Assembly (NCBI GenBank): GCA_045105275.1
Contig: JBGCDJ010000006.1
Coordinates: forward strand, 1,645 to 65,644
Direction: 5' to 3'
Length of the DNA: 64,000 nucleotides
Origin: Candidatus Midichloriaceae bacterium
GTDB lineage: Bacteria; Pseudomonadota; Alphaproteobacteria; Rickettsiales; Midichloriaceae
A model generated the notes under the pieces. The model was given only the letters and a program-made list of their open reading frames with translations, did not search any database and was not told where the DNA came from. Each line of letters begins with the position of its first letter. Within the stretch, counting starts at the first letter, position 1. Made by a program: the position numbers and the translations under genes. Below, piece after piece: positions 1-10,165 of the stretch.

Positions 1-599
1 TCATAAATAACTCTACCAGTATTTGATATCCATGGAGTTTTAGTGCAATCTCCAGAATACTTCTCGCATAAAATAGTGTTTTCCTTGCCGTCACATTCTA
101 AATATGAATATTTATTTTTACCGAGACTTTTGCCATTACTGACTATTTTTCCATCTTTATCAAAGCATACATACATAAATTGCCTATCATAAAAACCAAA
201 ATACTTTACAATAAGACTTTTACTCAATGCACCATTTAGACAAGATCCTAATTGATAAGAGATACATTTTACTTTTTTGTTAGTACAGTAATCTACCGAT
301 CTATAATCTCCCAACATATCAGTAACCTCCTCAAGCTTCATACCCTTTTTCAAGTGATTCTTCGTTAAGTCATTGTACATGCTACATCTGTAATCCATCC
401 AATCTTGGACAGTACCGCCAGTATGCTTGCCAATATGCGTTTTTGTCCACAACTCGGCATCAAACTTGCTTGCACCATACATATTAAATCGCCATGCCCA
501 AGGAATCACCTCTGTTATAATTAAATACACCGTTAGAATTACAACGGCATACTTAACTAATCTTCTAATCAATACATTGCTCTTCTTGGTTTCGCTCAT
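1..599 (-). CDS. Hypothetical membrane-anchored Cys-rich protein, putative immunity protein (runs off the left edge; absent from the ORF track)
   Basis: Manual translation from ATG at 599 is open to base 1: MSETKKSNVLIRRLVKYAVVILTVYLIITEVIPWAWRF...FDAELW...RCSMYNDLTKNHLKKGMKLEEVTDMLG...; N-terminal TM segment, SmpA/OmlA-like GMxxEEVxxxLG motif; overlaps the upstream gene by 35 nt. Confidence 0.75.
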   Translation of the reverse strand, partial: MSETKKSNVLIRRLVKYAVVILTVYLIITEVIPWAWRFNMYGASKFDAELWTKTHIGKHTGGTVQDWMDYRCSMYNDLTKNHLKKGMKLEEVTDMLGDYRSVDYCTNKKVKCISYQLGSCLNGALSKSLIVKYFGFYDRQFMYVCFDKDGKIVSNGKSLGKNKYSYLECDGKENTILCEKYSGDCTKTPWISNTGRVIY

Positions 600-1986
600 G
601 AGTTACCTTAAACTTAAATTTACTACTTATTCTATTTTTATACTTAGCTAAATCTTCATCACTTAATGCTTTGTTATCAATAGCTTCAATTTGTTCTTCT
701 GATAATCCAAAATGCTCAGCTATATCTTTTTTCGTTACATCATCTTTAAATCTCTCTACTGTATATTCTCCATTGCTATAATTGCACAGACTATCAGAAT
801 GACAACTGCCTAGCATTTGCGTATCTCCATAGTCTTTATAAGCTCCTATAATCTTCTCTATTCTGTGAACACTAATATCAATAGTATGAATCACCTTACC
901 AGCTGGATGACTTCCTTTTGAGTTCACAAAGTTTCTATTTCCGTTGTAGATCTCAACTTTTTCGTACACAGCACTAGCTTTTGCTACATCTCCATTTACA
1001 AGCTTTAGCACTATATTATACCCACCTGGTGAATCTACCATATTTACCTGACTAACTAAGTCTGGTCTTAGTGTAGCAATAATTAACGCCTCAATACCTC
1101 CTGATGAGTGCCCATTTAGTATTAACGGCTCAGTATTCCCTGACTCTTTATTATATTGCTCAATGCTACTGATATACCAATCAACTCTGTCTTTTAAGAT
1201 GCCTTGTACACTATTAGTTCCAATTAACACATCATTAATAGCATCTCTCATGAAGTTCTCAAGCCCTTCCTCAGTTGGATTTGCAGTTCCTGCTATGTTA
1301 AAGCTTGATGCACCGTTCTTTGTTTTGATAACAGATGCTTTAGATGCTAGCCTATTATCTTCGTATGTTTCGAATACTTTGCTATCTTGCTCGTTACCAG
1401 CAGGCAATATGTCCTTTTTGATTACATCCTTATCATAGTAACCAGCATTAGCAAAAACTAGTTTCTGATTGACTGTCACGCATAGCTTTTTTTCTTGCTG
1501 TTTTTGTTCTTTATTATCCCCTTCACCTTGTTCACTTCCACCTGAGTTTCCATCATTTGTAGCATCCCCTGAATCAGTCCTTTGTTTGGTATTACCAGTT
1601 CCTGCTCCTTGTGTATCGCCGCTTCCTGAACATTCACTATTAACGTTGCAACCTTCTTGCTCTGGTGTAGGTATTAGCATTTGAGGTGCACCTTTCATAT
1701 TGCCCATATAATCAAACATACCTTCTCTTTCGAATGTTATCTCTGTAAGTACTTGAGGCTTTGATAGATCAATTGACGGATAAGGTTCCCACTTTGGTTC
1801 TGATGCTCCTAATGTACCAGTGCCAAATTTATCGCCTGACCCAAAACTATTACCTTGTCCAATAATATCTCTCTTATAATGAATATCTTGCTTCTGGTGA
1901 GTATCTATTTCATGCATACTCCATTCTTCAGCAAAAATACATTTTCCAATATTATTAAAGGCATCTTTATAACTAATAAATGACAT
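565..1986 (-). CDS. Alpha/beta-hydrolase (lipase class 3-like) with low-complexity linker, putative toxin/effector
   Basis: LNGHSSGG nucleophile elbow (GxSxG), upstream IAGT lid-like motif, downstream DSPG and His; G/S/E/Q-rich linker in the N-terminal half. Confidence 0.72.
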   Translation of the reverse strand: MSFISYKDAFNNIGKCIFAEEWSMHEIDTHQKQDIHYKRDIIGQGNSFGSGDKFGTGTLGASEPKWEPYPSIDLSKPQVLTEITFEREGMFDYMGNMKGAPQMLIPTPEQEGCNVNSECSGSGDTQGAGTGNTKQRTDSGDATNDGNSGGSEQGEGDNKEQKQQEKKLCVTVNQKLVFANAGYYDKDVIKKDILPAGNEQDSKVFETYEDNRLASKASVIKTKNGASSFNIAGTANPTEEGLENFMRDAINDVLIGTNSVQGILKDRVDWYISSIEQYNKESGNTEPLILNGHSSGGIEALIIATLRPDLVSQVNMVDSPGGYNIVLKLVNGDVAKASAVYEKVEIYNGNRNFVNSKGSHPAGKVIHTIDISVHRIEKIIGAYKDYGDTQMLGSCHSDSLCNYSNGEYTVERFKDDVTKKDIAEHFGLSEEQIEAIDNKALSDEDLAKYKNRISSKFKFKVTHERNQEEQCID

Positions 1987-2091
1987 TCAATGGTGCTCAA
2001 TGTGTAAGTAATAAATTTATATTGTGATAAGTTTTGACATTATTCAATGATTTATAATCTACCTTAATCAAGTTGAAATATATTCTGGCTG

Positions 2092-2109
2092 GTAGCAATA
2101 TAGTAGCAA
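2092..2109. repeat. GTAGCAA direct repeat, 11-bp period, about 50 bp beyond the tRNA-Lys 3' end
   Basis: GTAGCAA-TATA-GTAGCAA at 2092-2098 and 2103-2109. Confidence 0.5.
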
Positions 2110-2157
2110 CGGAGTGAATTTTGCTTTTGTAATTTTTACTGAATAGCCCTTAAAAAG

Positions 2158-2233
2158 TGGTGATCCCGACAAGATTCGAACTTGTGACCTACTGATTAAA
2201 AGTCAGTCGCTCTACCAACTGAGCTACGGGACC
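2158..2233 (-). tRNA. tRNA-Lys (anticodon TTT)
   Basis: GGTCCCGTAGCTCAGTTGGTAGAGCGACTGACTTTTAATCAGTAGGTCACAAGTTCGAATCTTGTCGGGATCACCA; full cloverleaf, encoded CCA. Confidence 0.98.
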
Positions 2234-2305
2234 ATTATTACCTTGGAAGTTATAACATATTGACTAAACTAAGACAAAACTTTTTATTTGATAACTAAAT
2301 AAAAT

Positions 2306-2722
2306 TTATCCTACAATTTCAGATTCACTAAAGAAAAATGCAATTTCTTTCTTTGCATTTTCAATTGAATCAGAACCGTGTACTGAATTAGCCTCTATGT
2401 TTTCAGCAAAATCTTTCCTTATACTCCCTTCTTGAGCTTCTTCAGGGTTAGTAGCTCCCATGATTTCTCTATTTTTAGCTACTGCATTTTTTCCCTCAAG
2501 TACTTGAACAACCACAGGCCCAGAAATCATAAAATCAACAAGACTTTGAAAAAATGGTCTGTCTTTATGTGCATAATAAAATAACTTTGCTTGATTTTCT
2601 GTTAATACAATTCTTTTTTGAGCAACAATCCTTAAATCATATCCCTCAAATTTACTATTAATTGCTCCAGTTAAATTTCTCCTAGTCGCATCTGGTTTTA
2701 TTATACTAAGTGTTCTTTCCAT
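2306..2722 (-). CDS. ndk: Nucleoside diphosphate kinase
   Basis: [25 protein letters not shown] active-site His motif. Confidence 0.98.
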   Translation of the reverse strand: MERTLSIIKPDATRRNLTGAINSKFEGYDLRIVAQKRIVLTENQAKLFYYAHKDRPFFQSLVDFMISGPVVVQVLEGKNAVAKNREIMGATNPEEAQEGSIRKDFAENIEANSVHGSDSIENAKKEIAFFFSESEIVG

Positions 2723-2908
2723 TTTATTATTATGCTAATTTATTTCCAATAGGTGTTCTCTTAATACATGGTTCATGACCATTTGTATACATTTTTTTAC
2801 TTGAAGCACATGGGCTTTTAATATCATATACTGATGGGTCTTTTGGTTTGCATCCAATAAGACAGATAAGTAGTAGACAAATAATAACTATTTTTTTCAT
2901 AATAAAAT

Positions 2909-3712
2909 CTAGTTTTGTTTATTAAGCGACCTTGGTGAGCCTAAAATATTATACCCAGCATCTACAAATATAATTTCACCAGTAATGCTTGATGATAAAT
3001 CACTTAGTAAGAATGCGGCTGTATTTCCTACATCGTAAATTGTAACATTCTTTTTAAGAGGAGAGTTTTCTTCATTAAATTTCAACATGCTTCGGAAGTC
3101 TCCAATACCAGCCGCAGCTAAAGTTTTAATTGGTCCAGCTGATATAGCATTAACCCTTATATCTAGTTCACCTAAATCTGCAGCTATATACTTAACACTT
3201 GACTCAAGTGCAGCTTTTGCAATACCCATCACATTATAATTTGGGATAACCTTTTCAGCTCCGTAATAAGTTAATGTTAAAATACTTCCACCAGGTTTCA
3301 AAATTTCTGCAGCTTTTTTCGATGTATACACAAAAGAATAGCAAGAGACATCTAAAGTATTTAAAAAATTGCTTCTTGAAGTATCAACGTAACGACCTTT
3401 GAGTTCATTTTTATCAGAAAATGCTATTGCATGTACAAAAAAATCAATCTGGCCATATTGCTTTTTAATTAATTCAAATGCCTTATCAATCGATTTTTCA
3501 TCACTTATGTCACATTCTATTAGTAAATCAGATTTCAATTCTTCCGCAAGTGGTTTAACCCTTTTGGCAAGTATTTCATTTTGATAACTAATTGCAAAGT
3601 TTGCACCGTGATTGTTGCAAATTTTTGCAATACCCCATGATATAGATTTCTCGTTTGCTAAGCCCATTATTAAGCCAACTTTACCTGACAACATTTGATC
3701 CATATTACTCAT
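2909..3712 (-). CDS. fabI: Enoyl-ACP reductase
   Basis: GLANEKSISWGIA, YNVMGIAKAALE, NAISAGPIKTLAA. Confidence 0.97.
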   Translation of the reverse strand: MSNMDQMLSGKVGLIMGLANEKSISWGIAKICNNHGANFAISYQNEILAKRVKPLAEELKSDLLIECDISDEKSIDKAFELIKKQYGQIDFFVHAIAFSDKNELKGRYVDTSRSNFLNTLDVSCYSFVYTSKKAAEILKPGGSILTLTYYGAEKVIPNYNVMGIAKAALESSVKYIAADLGELDIRVNAISAGPIKTLAAAGIGDFRSMLKFNEENSPLKKNVTIYDVGNTAAFLLSDLSSSITGEIIFVDAGYNILGSPRSLNKQN

Positions 3713-3728
3713 ATTACGTATTATTATA

Positions 3729-4208
3729 TTATTTAACTATTTCCCAAGAGCCATCTGATCTCCTGCATGCAGTACCAAATCCTTTCTCAGCTTTATTGCC
3801 AATTTTTATCACTTGAGTATACTCCCTGCAATTTTGACCACTATTATTTACAAAAGTTTTAGTAGGCCTCACATATCCAGAAGCATTAGTATCGGGGTTT
3901 TTCCAAGCAGATGCATTGCCTGATTTGTTATATTCTAAAGCATTCACCTGACTTTTTTGTTGCAACTCTAAGTCTCTTTGATCTAGTGTTTTTCCTAATT
4001 CACTTCCAGCAAGTGATCCCACGATTGCGCCTGTGGCTATAGCAATGCTTTTGCCACTTCCTCCTCCTATAGTTGAGCCAATTAAAGCGCCAGCTACGCC
4101 GCCTCCAATTGCTCCCATCTTTGATTTACTAACTTTGCCAGCTTCATTTGTAAAGCAACCAGATAGTAAAAAAATTGGAAACAATAATATAATGACAAGC
4201 TTTTTCAT
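3729..4208 (-). CDS. 17-kDa surface antigen-like lipoprotein (glycine zipper 2TM)
   Basis: Lipobox LLSGC, glycine zipper GAIGGGVAGALIG, C-terminal WKNPD...CREYTQ...GTACR..DGSW. Confidence 0.92.
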   Translation of the reverse strand: MKKLVIILLFPIFLLSGCFTNEAGKVSKSKMGAIGGGVAGALIGSTIGGGSGKSIAIATGAIVGSLAGSELGKTLDQRDLELQQKSQVNALEYNKSGNASAWKNPDTNASGYVRPTKTFVNNSGQNCREYTQVIKIGNKAEKGFGTACRRSDGSWEIVK

Positions 4209-4309
4209 GTAATTATTTTTATGTTAGTTAGGAAATAATAATATTTATACATTGAAATGCAAGCTTTTATAACTAAATCTATAATATAAAAACTATTATC
4301 TAACATTTA

Positions 4310-5143
4310 ATGAATCTTCCAAATTTAAATTTATATACGGTTTCAGATTCTTCAGGTGAGACGGTTATTGCTGTATCAAAAGCTGTTATCTCTCAATTTG
4401 ATAATATTACAGTTCAAGAATATATGTGGCCTTTGGTAAGATCTAAAGAGCAAATAAATGAAATAGCAGCGGCATTAGAAAAAAAGCCTGGAATTGTTAT
4501 TTATACAATACTTAATAGGGAATTAAGGGAGCATCTAAAGCTAAAATGTAAGGAATTAGATGTAAAATGCTTTTCTCCCATTGCAAATATAATTGCAGAA
4601 GTGTGCTCTTATTGTGGTGTTGTAGCATCTAAAAAAACTCCCGAGAAAGAAATATTATCTGACTTAAATTATTTTAAAAAAATTGATGCAATTAATTTTA
4701 CAGTGAATCACGATGATGGTCAGCAAAACAAAGATTTTAATAATGCTGATATTCTTTTGACTGGAGTTTCTAGAACATCAAAATCACCCACTTCATTATA
4801 TTTAGCGCAAAGAGGCTATAAAGTTGCAAATTGGCCAATTATAAATGGCGTTGAGTATGATTTTTCGTCAATTAACAAGCCTTTGGTAATAGGTTTGACA
4901 ATAAGTATTGAAAGATTATTGCAAATAAGGCAGTATAGGTTAATGGGACAAGATTTGAAAAATTTCAAAAATAACTATACTGATGCAACAAGCATTAAGG
5001 ATGAAATTAAATATGCCAATAGAATTTTTAAAAAAAATAATTTTCCAGTTATAGATGTGACATCAAAAGCAATTGAAGAAATATCAGCTGAGATAATTAA
5101 CTTATATTTTGCAAAAAAAGGTGGGCATCTAATAACTATTTAA
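4310..5143 (+). CDS. ppsR: PPDK/PEP synthase regulatory kinase/pyrophosphorylase
   Basis: VSDSSGET, AINFTVNHDDG, GVSRTSKSPTSLYLA; its expected target ppdK is in the window. Confidence 0.93.
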   Translation: MNLPNLNLYTVSDSSGETVIAVSKAVISQFDNITVQEYMWPLVRSKEQINEIAAALEKKPGIVIYTILNRELREHLKLKCKELDVKCFSPIANIIAEVCSYCGVVASKKTPEKEILSDLNYFKKIDAINFTVNHDDGQQNKDFNNADILLTGVSRTSKSPTSLYLAQRGYKVANWPIINGVEYDFSSINKPLVIGLTISIERLLQIRQYRLMGQDLKNFKNNYTDATSIKDEIKYANRIFKKNNFPVIDVTSKAIEEISAEIINLYFAKKGGHLITI

Positions 5144-5243
5144 TTTACGTTATTAGTATAAAATTGATGATTAATAATTTATATTATGCTAGAAGCTAAT
5201 AATTTGAGACCGTGAAAAATAAATTTAAATATAGTATTTTGTT

Positions 5244-7175
5244 ATGAAAGATTTTAAAAGCAACTTCAACAGTAATCTAATAAGGTGGGTCGGCATTATT
5301 TTTTTGGTGATTGTTGCATATAGCTTTATAGATACAGCCAATATATCAAATAAAAAGCTGATTTTTTCTGAATTTATGGATAGGGTGTCAAGTGGAGAAG
5401 TTAAAGAAGTAAATATAAAAGGTAGTGATATTGAAGGTAAGTTTTCTAATGGAGAATATTTCATTACTTTGTCACCAAGGTTTTATCCTCAGCTTATTGA
5501 TGATTTAAGAGCTCAAAATGTAAAAATCAATATTATTCCCATAGAATCCGCTATGGGCAGCATACTTGGAATGATTTTTTCGTGGTTACCAATGATTGTC
5601 TTAATAGGTATCTGGATTTATTATTTGAAAAATATGCAGGGAGCTGGGGGCAAGGTAATGGGTTTTGGAAAATCGAAAGCTAAATTAATGCAGGATCAGA
5701 GCAAAAAAGTTACATTTGCTGATGTAGCAGGAATTGATGAAGCCAAAGATGAATTGAAAGAGGTGGTTGATTTTTTAAAAAACCCTTTAAAATTTGACAA
5801 GCTGGGTGGAAAAATTCCAAAAGGTTGTCTACTTATAGGTTCACCAGGGACTGGTAAAACATTGCTTGCAAGGGCAGTAGCTGGCGAAGCTGGCGTTCCG
5901 TTTTTTACTATCTCAGGCTCAGATTTTGTTGAAATGTTTGTTGGTATAGGAGCAAGTAGAGTGAGAGACATGTTTGCTCAGGCCAAAAAGCACGCACCTT
6001 GTATAGTCTTTATTGATGAAATTGATGCTGTTGGTCGCCACAGAGGTTCAGGTCATGGCGGAGGAAATGATGAACGTGAACAAACTTTAAATCAACTACT
6101 TGTGGAAATGGATGGTTTTGCTGATAATCAAGGTATAATTGTTGTTGCTGCAACCAATAGACCTGATGTTTTAGACTCAGCCTTGCTTAGACCTGGAAGA
6201 TTTGATAGACAAATTACTGTGCCAGTTCCGGATATAAAGGGCAGGGAGCAAATATTGCAAGTACACATTAAAAAAATTCCTACAGCTCCAGACGTTGATA
6301 CGAATGTTATAGCTCGTGGTACACCTGGTTTTTCTGGGGCAGATCTTGCTAATTTAATAAATGAAGCAGCACTTGCTGCAGCACAATCGAATAGAGATGT
6401 TGTTACTATGCAGGAATTAGAACATGCTAAAGATAAAGTTATGATGGGTGCAGAGAGAAAGTCGATGGTAATGTCGGAAAATGAAAAGAAAATTACTGCT
6501 TATCACGAAGGTGGACATGCACTTGTAAGTTTGTATGTAACAGAATCAGATCCCATTCATAAAGCAACTATAATTCCTAGGGGACGAGCTTTAGGAATGG
6601 TTATGCAACTTCCAGAAAGTGATAGATGTCATCATACTAAAGCTTATTTAGAAGCAAGGCTTGTAATTGCAATGGGGGGAAGAGCTGCAGAAGAAGTTAT
6701 TTTTGGAAAAGAAAAAATCACAACTGGAGCATCAAATGATATTAAAGTCGCTACAAGTATGGCAAAAAATATGGTTACAAAGTGGGGATTTAGTGAAAAA
6801 ATTGGTCCCATAATGGTTGGTGATGATAGAGAGGATGCAATGATGGGATATGGAATGGGGAAACCCCAAGATGTCTCAGGTAAACTAGCTGAAAGTGTTG
6901 ATAAGGAGGTTGATAGATTACTAAGAAGTAGTTATAAAATTGCAAAAGATATAATTGTTAAGCATAAAAAGAAGCTTGAAATTTTGGCAAGAGCACTAAT
7001 AGAATATGAAACCATTACTGGAGATGAAATAAAAGATTTAATGTCTGGGAAGAAAATACGAAGTAGTAGTAAAAAATCAGATAAAGATGATAAAAATCAC
7101 CCAACTTCATCTGTACCAAGCAGTGATTCTGATAATTCCCCTGCTACATTGCAAAAGGTGTCGGCATTATCCTAG
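5244..7175 (+). CDS. ftsH: ATP-dependent zinc metalloprotease FtsH
   Basis: Two TM segments, GSPGTGKT Walker A, IDEID Walker [16 protein letters not shown] zinc motif. Confidence 0.99.
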   Translation: MKDFKSNFNSNLIRWVGIIFLVIVAYSFIDTANISNKKLIFSEFMDRVSSGEVKEVNIKGSDIEGKFSNGEYFITLSPRFYPQLIDDLRAQNVKINIIPIESAMGSILGMIFSWLPMIVLIGIWIYYLKNMQGAGGKVMGFGKSKAKLMQDQSKKVTFADVAGIDEAKDELKEVVDFLKNPLKFDKLGGKIPKGCLLIGSPGTGKTLLARAVAGEAGVPFFTISGSDFVEMFVGIGASRVRDMFAQAKKHAPCIVFIDEIDAVGRHRGSGHGGGNDEREQTLNQLLVEMDGFADNQGIIVVAATNRPDVLDSALLRPGRFDRQITVPVPDIKGREQILQVHIKKIPTAPDVDTNVIARGTPGFSGADLANLINEAALAAAQSNRDVVTMQELEHAKDKVMMGAERKSMVMSENEKKITAYHEGGHALVSLYVTESDPIHKATIIPRGRALGMVMQLPESDRCHHTKAYLEARLVIAMGGRAAEEVIFGKEKITTGASNDIKVATSMAKNMVTKWGFSEKIGPIMVGDDREDAMMGYGMGKPQDVSGKLAESVDKEVDRLLRSSYKIAKDIIVKHKKKLEILARALIEYETITGDEIKDLMSGKKIRSSSKKSDKDDKNHPTSSVPSSDSDNSPATLQKVSALS

Positions 7176-7764
7176 AATAGCAAGTAAGGATAATTAAATT
7201 CAGCGGTCGATTTAACTTAATACCTGCCCTAGAGGTCATTTCATTAAGATTAAAAGAGTTATTTTTTATAATAAAGCAAAAGCACAGGTGAAAAAGTTTA
7301 CGTATAATGCACAACTCTTGATGAAATTGAGTATAAAATTTATTAAAAATAAAATCTTATGTGCTCATAAATATTAATTAGAGATCGTATCATTGATATA
7401 ACATTAAAAAAAGGTCAGTATAAAGCTCTCTTAATTAAAAACTTAAAGAGGAGGTAGAGTAGTAACTTATTGTAGATCAAAAGGAAGAAGAAATAGCAGA
7501 TATCTTAGCGGTGATTATTGATAGTATTGAACAAGCCTTTATGTTTAGATATATAAGGCTTCCGCGCTCCAGCACAAATTATAATGTTATCTCTCATATC
7601 AGTAAGGAACAGATATGCTTTTAAATTATTCTTCTTTGGAAAAATATTAGCGGATTATACAAAAAAAAGCTAAGATAAAACATGAAATAACGCCATATAA
7701 TCCGAGACATTGTATTTATTTTATATCAGAATTTATCATTTAGCACTTATTCAATTTTCTAGGA

Positions 7765-9603
7765 TTATTTCTCTCTAAATATTTTATTATTTACAGTAAC
7801 CTTAAATTTATCTTTTAATTTTTTTAAAATATCCTTTAAAATTAAGTCTTGTTCAATTTGATTTATCTGAGAATCATATAATAATTTATGTTTTTCAATA
7901 TCTTTTCGAGATGGTAAGTTGACATTTTTAAGCTTAGCTAATAATACTTCATTATGTGAATAATCAATAAAGGGTTTTGTAAAAGAATTAATTTTCAAAT
8001 CAAAAATTACTTTATAAAAATCCAGGGGGATCTCATTGTTTAACTTATTACTTGCAAGGCTTATTTTAGTAATTTGAGCCTTTGAAAAATCAAAAAGCTT
8101 TTTATTAATTTCTGAATTAGCTCCATCCTTGTCAGAAATATTCATTTTATTTGTAAATGAAGTTAATTCATTATCGTACCAAATTTGTTTCAACTGTGAT
8201 TTTAGATCATTAAAATCTTGATTTTTTTCTGAAATTATTTCATTTACTCTGAGAATACAAAATTTATTTGTGTCAATTGGAAATATTTCACTTTGTCCAT
8301 TTAATTTTGTATTAAAAGTATGTTCTACAAACAATTTATTTTTAGTAATATCCCCATTTTCATCAATGAAATGTGTGATTTCTGCGACATTTAATTTTTG
8401 ATTATAATCTTTAGCAATTGAATCTAAATTTTTGCCCTGCTTTAATTCATTTTGAATGTTTTTAATAGCAGTTAAAAAGTTATTAAATTGTACATCCTTT
8501 AAATATTCTTTTTTTAATAAATCTTTTACTGCATCAAAGCTCTTCTTTTTTTCTGGAATTATTTTTTCTATTTTAAAAATGTATAATCCAAGTGGCGTTT
8601 CAATTATTTCACTTATTTCACCAACTTTGAGCTTAAAAAGCTTTTCTGAGATATCATTATCAAAGTCCTTTACTGTTATGATTCCTAAATTATATTTACT
8701 AAAATTAGGTGCATATTTTTTTGCGACTTTTTCAAATTCCACACCTTTAATTATCTCAGCTCTTGCTTTTTTAGCATTATTTAAAGAGCTAAATTGTATT
8801 TGCTTGATATCTCTTTTTTCGGGATCAGTAAATAAAAAGCTCTTTTCATTGTAAATTTTTCTTAATTTCTCCTCAGCTACCTCGTTCAACTCTTCTTTAA
8901 AAAATTCTGAAGAAATTAATGTATACTCTACATTACGTTTTTCAGGAATTCTAAATCTTGCTTTATTTTTTTCATAAATTAGATTTAATTGAAAATTATC
9001 TGGTTTATTAGAAATTTTGAATGCAGAAAATGGTATTTTTATTAACTCCACATCTCTGGTTTGTAATATGTCCTGCAAAACAAGTTCAGTTAGGCCAGGA
9101 ATAATAACCTTATTTGTCGATACTGAATCTATAAATGCAATCCTTATAATATCTTCTTTCAATTTATCAATAAATCCCTGCTCAGATACTCCAAAACTCT
9201 TGATTGTTTGATCAAATATATCTTTATCAAATCTATTATTTTTAAAAAAGATGGGAATTTTTAAAATCTCTTTTTTGACCATATTGTCATTAGCTATTAT
9301 CCCCAATTTTTTTGCTTCAAGTAAAATTAAAGTACTATCTATAATATTTTGTAATATATCACTCTTTAATCTATTGATATCATTTTGAGATAAATCTTTG
9401 CCATATTTGAGTCTGGACTCTTTGATGCCTTCTTGGAATATTTTGTCAACATAAAAGAAAGAGTATTCAATATCTGCAATTTTTAGTGCATATGGTAATT
9501 CTTTCTTACTAAAAATACCTCCCAAACTGCTAAAAACAAACGCTAATATTAGTACTAGTAGTAAAAATTTTATAACATTTTTAAATAACTTATTTTGAAT
9601 CAC
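7765..9603 (-). CDS. ppiD: SurA-N/rotamase periplasmic chaperone (PpiD family)
   Basis: N-terminal TM anchor, SurA N-like region, parvulin-like FEKVAKKY...LKVGEISEIIETPLGLYIFKI. Confidence 0.8.
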   Translation of the reverse strand: MIQNKLFKNVIKFLLLVLILAFVFSSLGGIFSKKELPYALKIADIEYSFFYVDKIFQEGIKESRLKYGKDLSQNDINRLKSDILQNIIDSTLILLEAKKLGIIANDNMVKKEILKIPIFFKNNRFDKDIFDQTIKSFGVSEQGFIDKLKEDIIRIAFIDSVSTNKVIIPGLTELVLQDILQTRDVELIKIPFSAFKISNKPDNFQLNLIYEKNKARFRIPEKRNVEYTLISSEFFKEELNEVAEEKLRKIYNEKSFLFTDPEKRDIKQIQFSSLNNAKKARAEIIKGVEFEKVAKKYAPNFSKYNLGIITVKDFDNDISEKLFKLKVGEISEIIETPLGLYIFKIEKIIPEKKKSFDAVKDLLKKEYLKDVQFNNFLTAIKNIQNELKQGKNLDSIAKDYNQKLNVAEITHFIDENGDITKNKLFVEHTFNTKLNGQSEIFPIDTNKFCILRVNEIISEKNQDFNDLKSQLKQIWYDNELTSFTNKMNISDKDGANSEINKKLFDFSKAQITKISLASNKLNNEIPLDFYKVIFDLKINSFTKPFIDYSHNEVLLAKLKNVNLPSRKDIEKHKLLYDSQINQIEQDLILKDILKKLKDKFKVTVNNKIFREK

Positions 9604-10141
9604 TGGCTTTACTTTGAGGTAAATTTACATCGATTGATTTTAGGTTTTTATTTATTTCTTTTATAACTTCATCTGTAATTTCGATAGATTCATCATTATA
9701 AAGCAGCATCCCTTTATCCAGCGCTACCGTCAAATGGTTTTTCTCAGATAATTTTTTAATAATGTCTGCTAAATTATCATTCAGAATTTTATTAATATTG
9801 TTAAATTCCTTCTCAAGATTGACTCTTTGGTTGTAAAACTTTTTTTGTAAAATTTGTGCTTCCTTGGTTAATTCTCCTCTTTTTTTATTATATTCTTTTG
9901 CTGCTACAACATTTTTCTTGTTCTCTAAATCTTCTGCTTTTTTAGAAAATTTCTCTTGCATTTCTCCAGCTTCTTTTTCATATTTATTAAATTCATTTTC
10001 TATCACTTTTTTTGCTTCAGCATGCGCAGTACAGCTTTCAATTATTTTATTAGTATCTATCACTCCAATTTTAATTTCAGCGTGAAGTTCACTTGCACAA
10101 AATACCAATAAAAAAAGCGGTAAAAATCTCAAAAATTTCAT
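9590..10141 (-). CDS. skp: OmpH/Skp chaperone
   Basis: Signal peptide, KIGVIDTNKI, coiled coil, IEITDEVIKEIN; directly after bamA. Confidence 0.88.
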   Translation of the reverse strand: MKFLRFLPLFLLVFCASELHAEIKIGVIDTNKIIESCTAHAEAKKVIENEFNKYEKEAGEMQEKFSKKAEDLENKKNVVAAKEYNKKRGELTKEAQILQKKFYNQRVNLEKEFNNINKILNDNLADIIKKLSEKNHLTVALDKGMLLYNDESIEITDEVIKEINKNLKSIDVNLPQSKASDSK

Positions 10142-10165
10142 TTAAAACTCCAAAAAATATAATTA

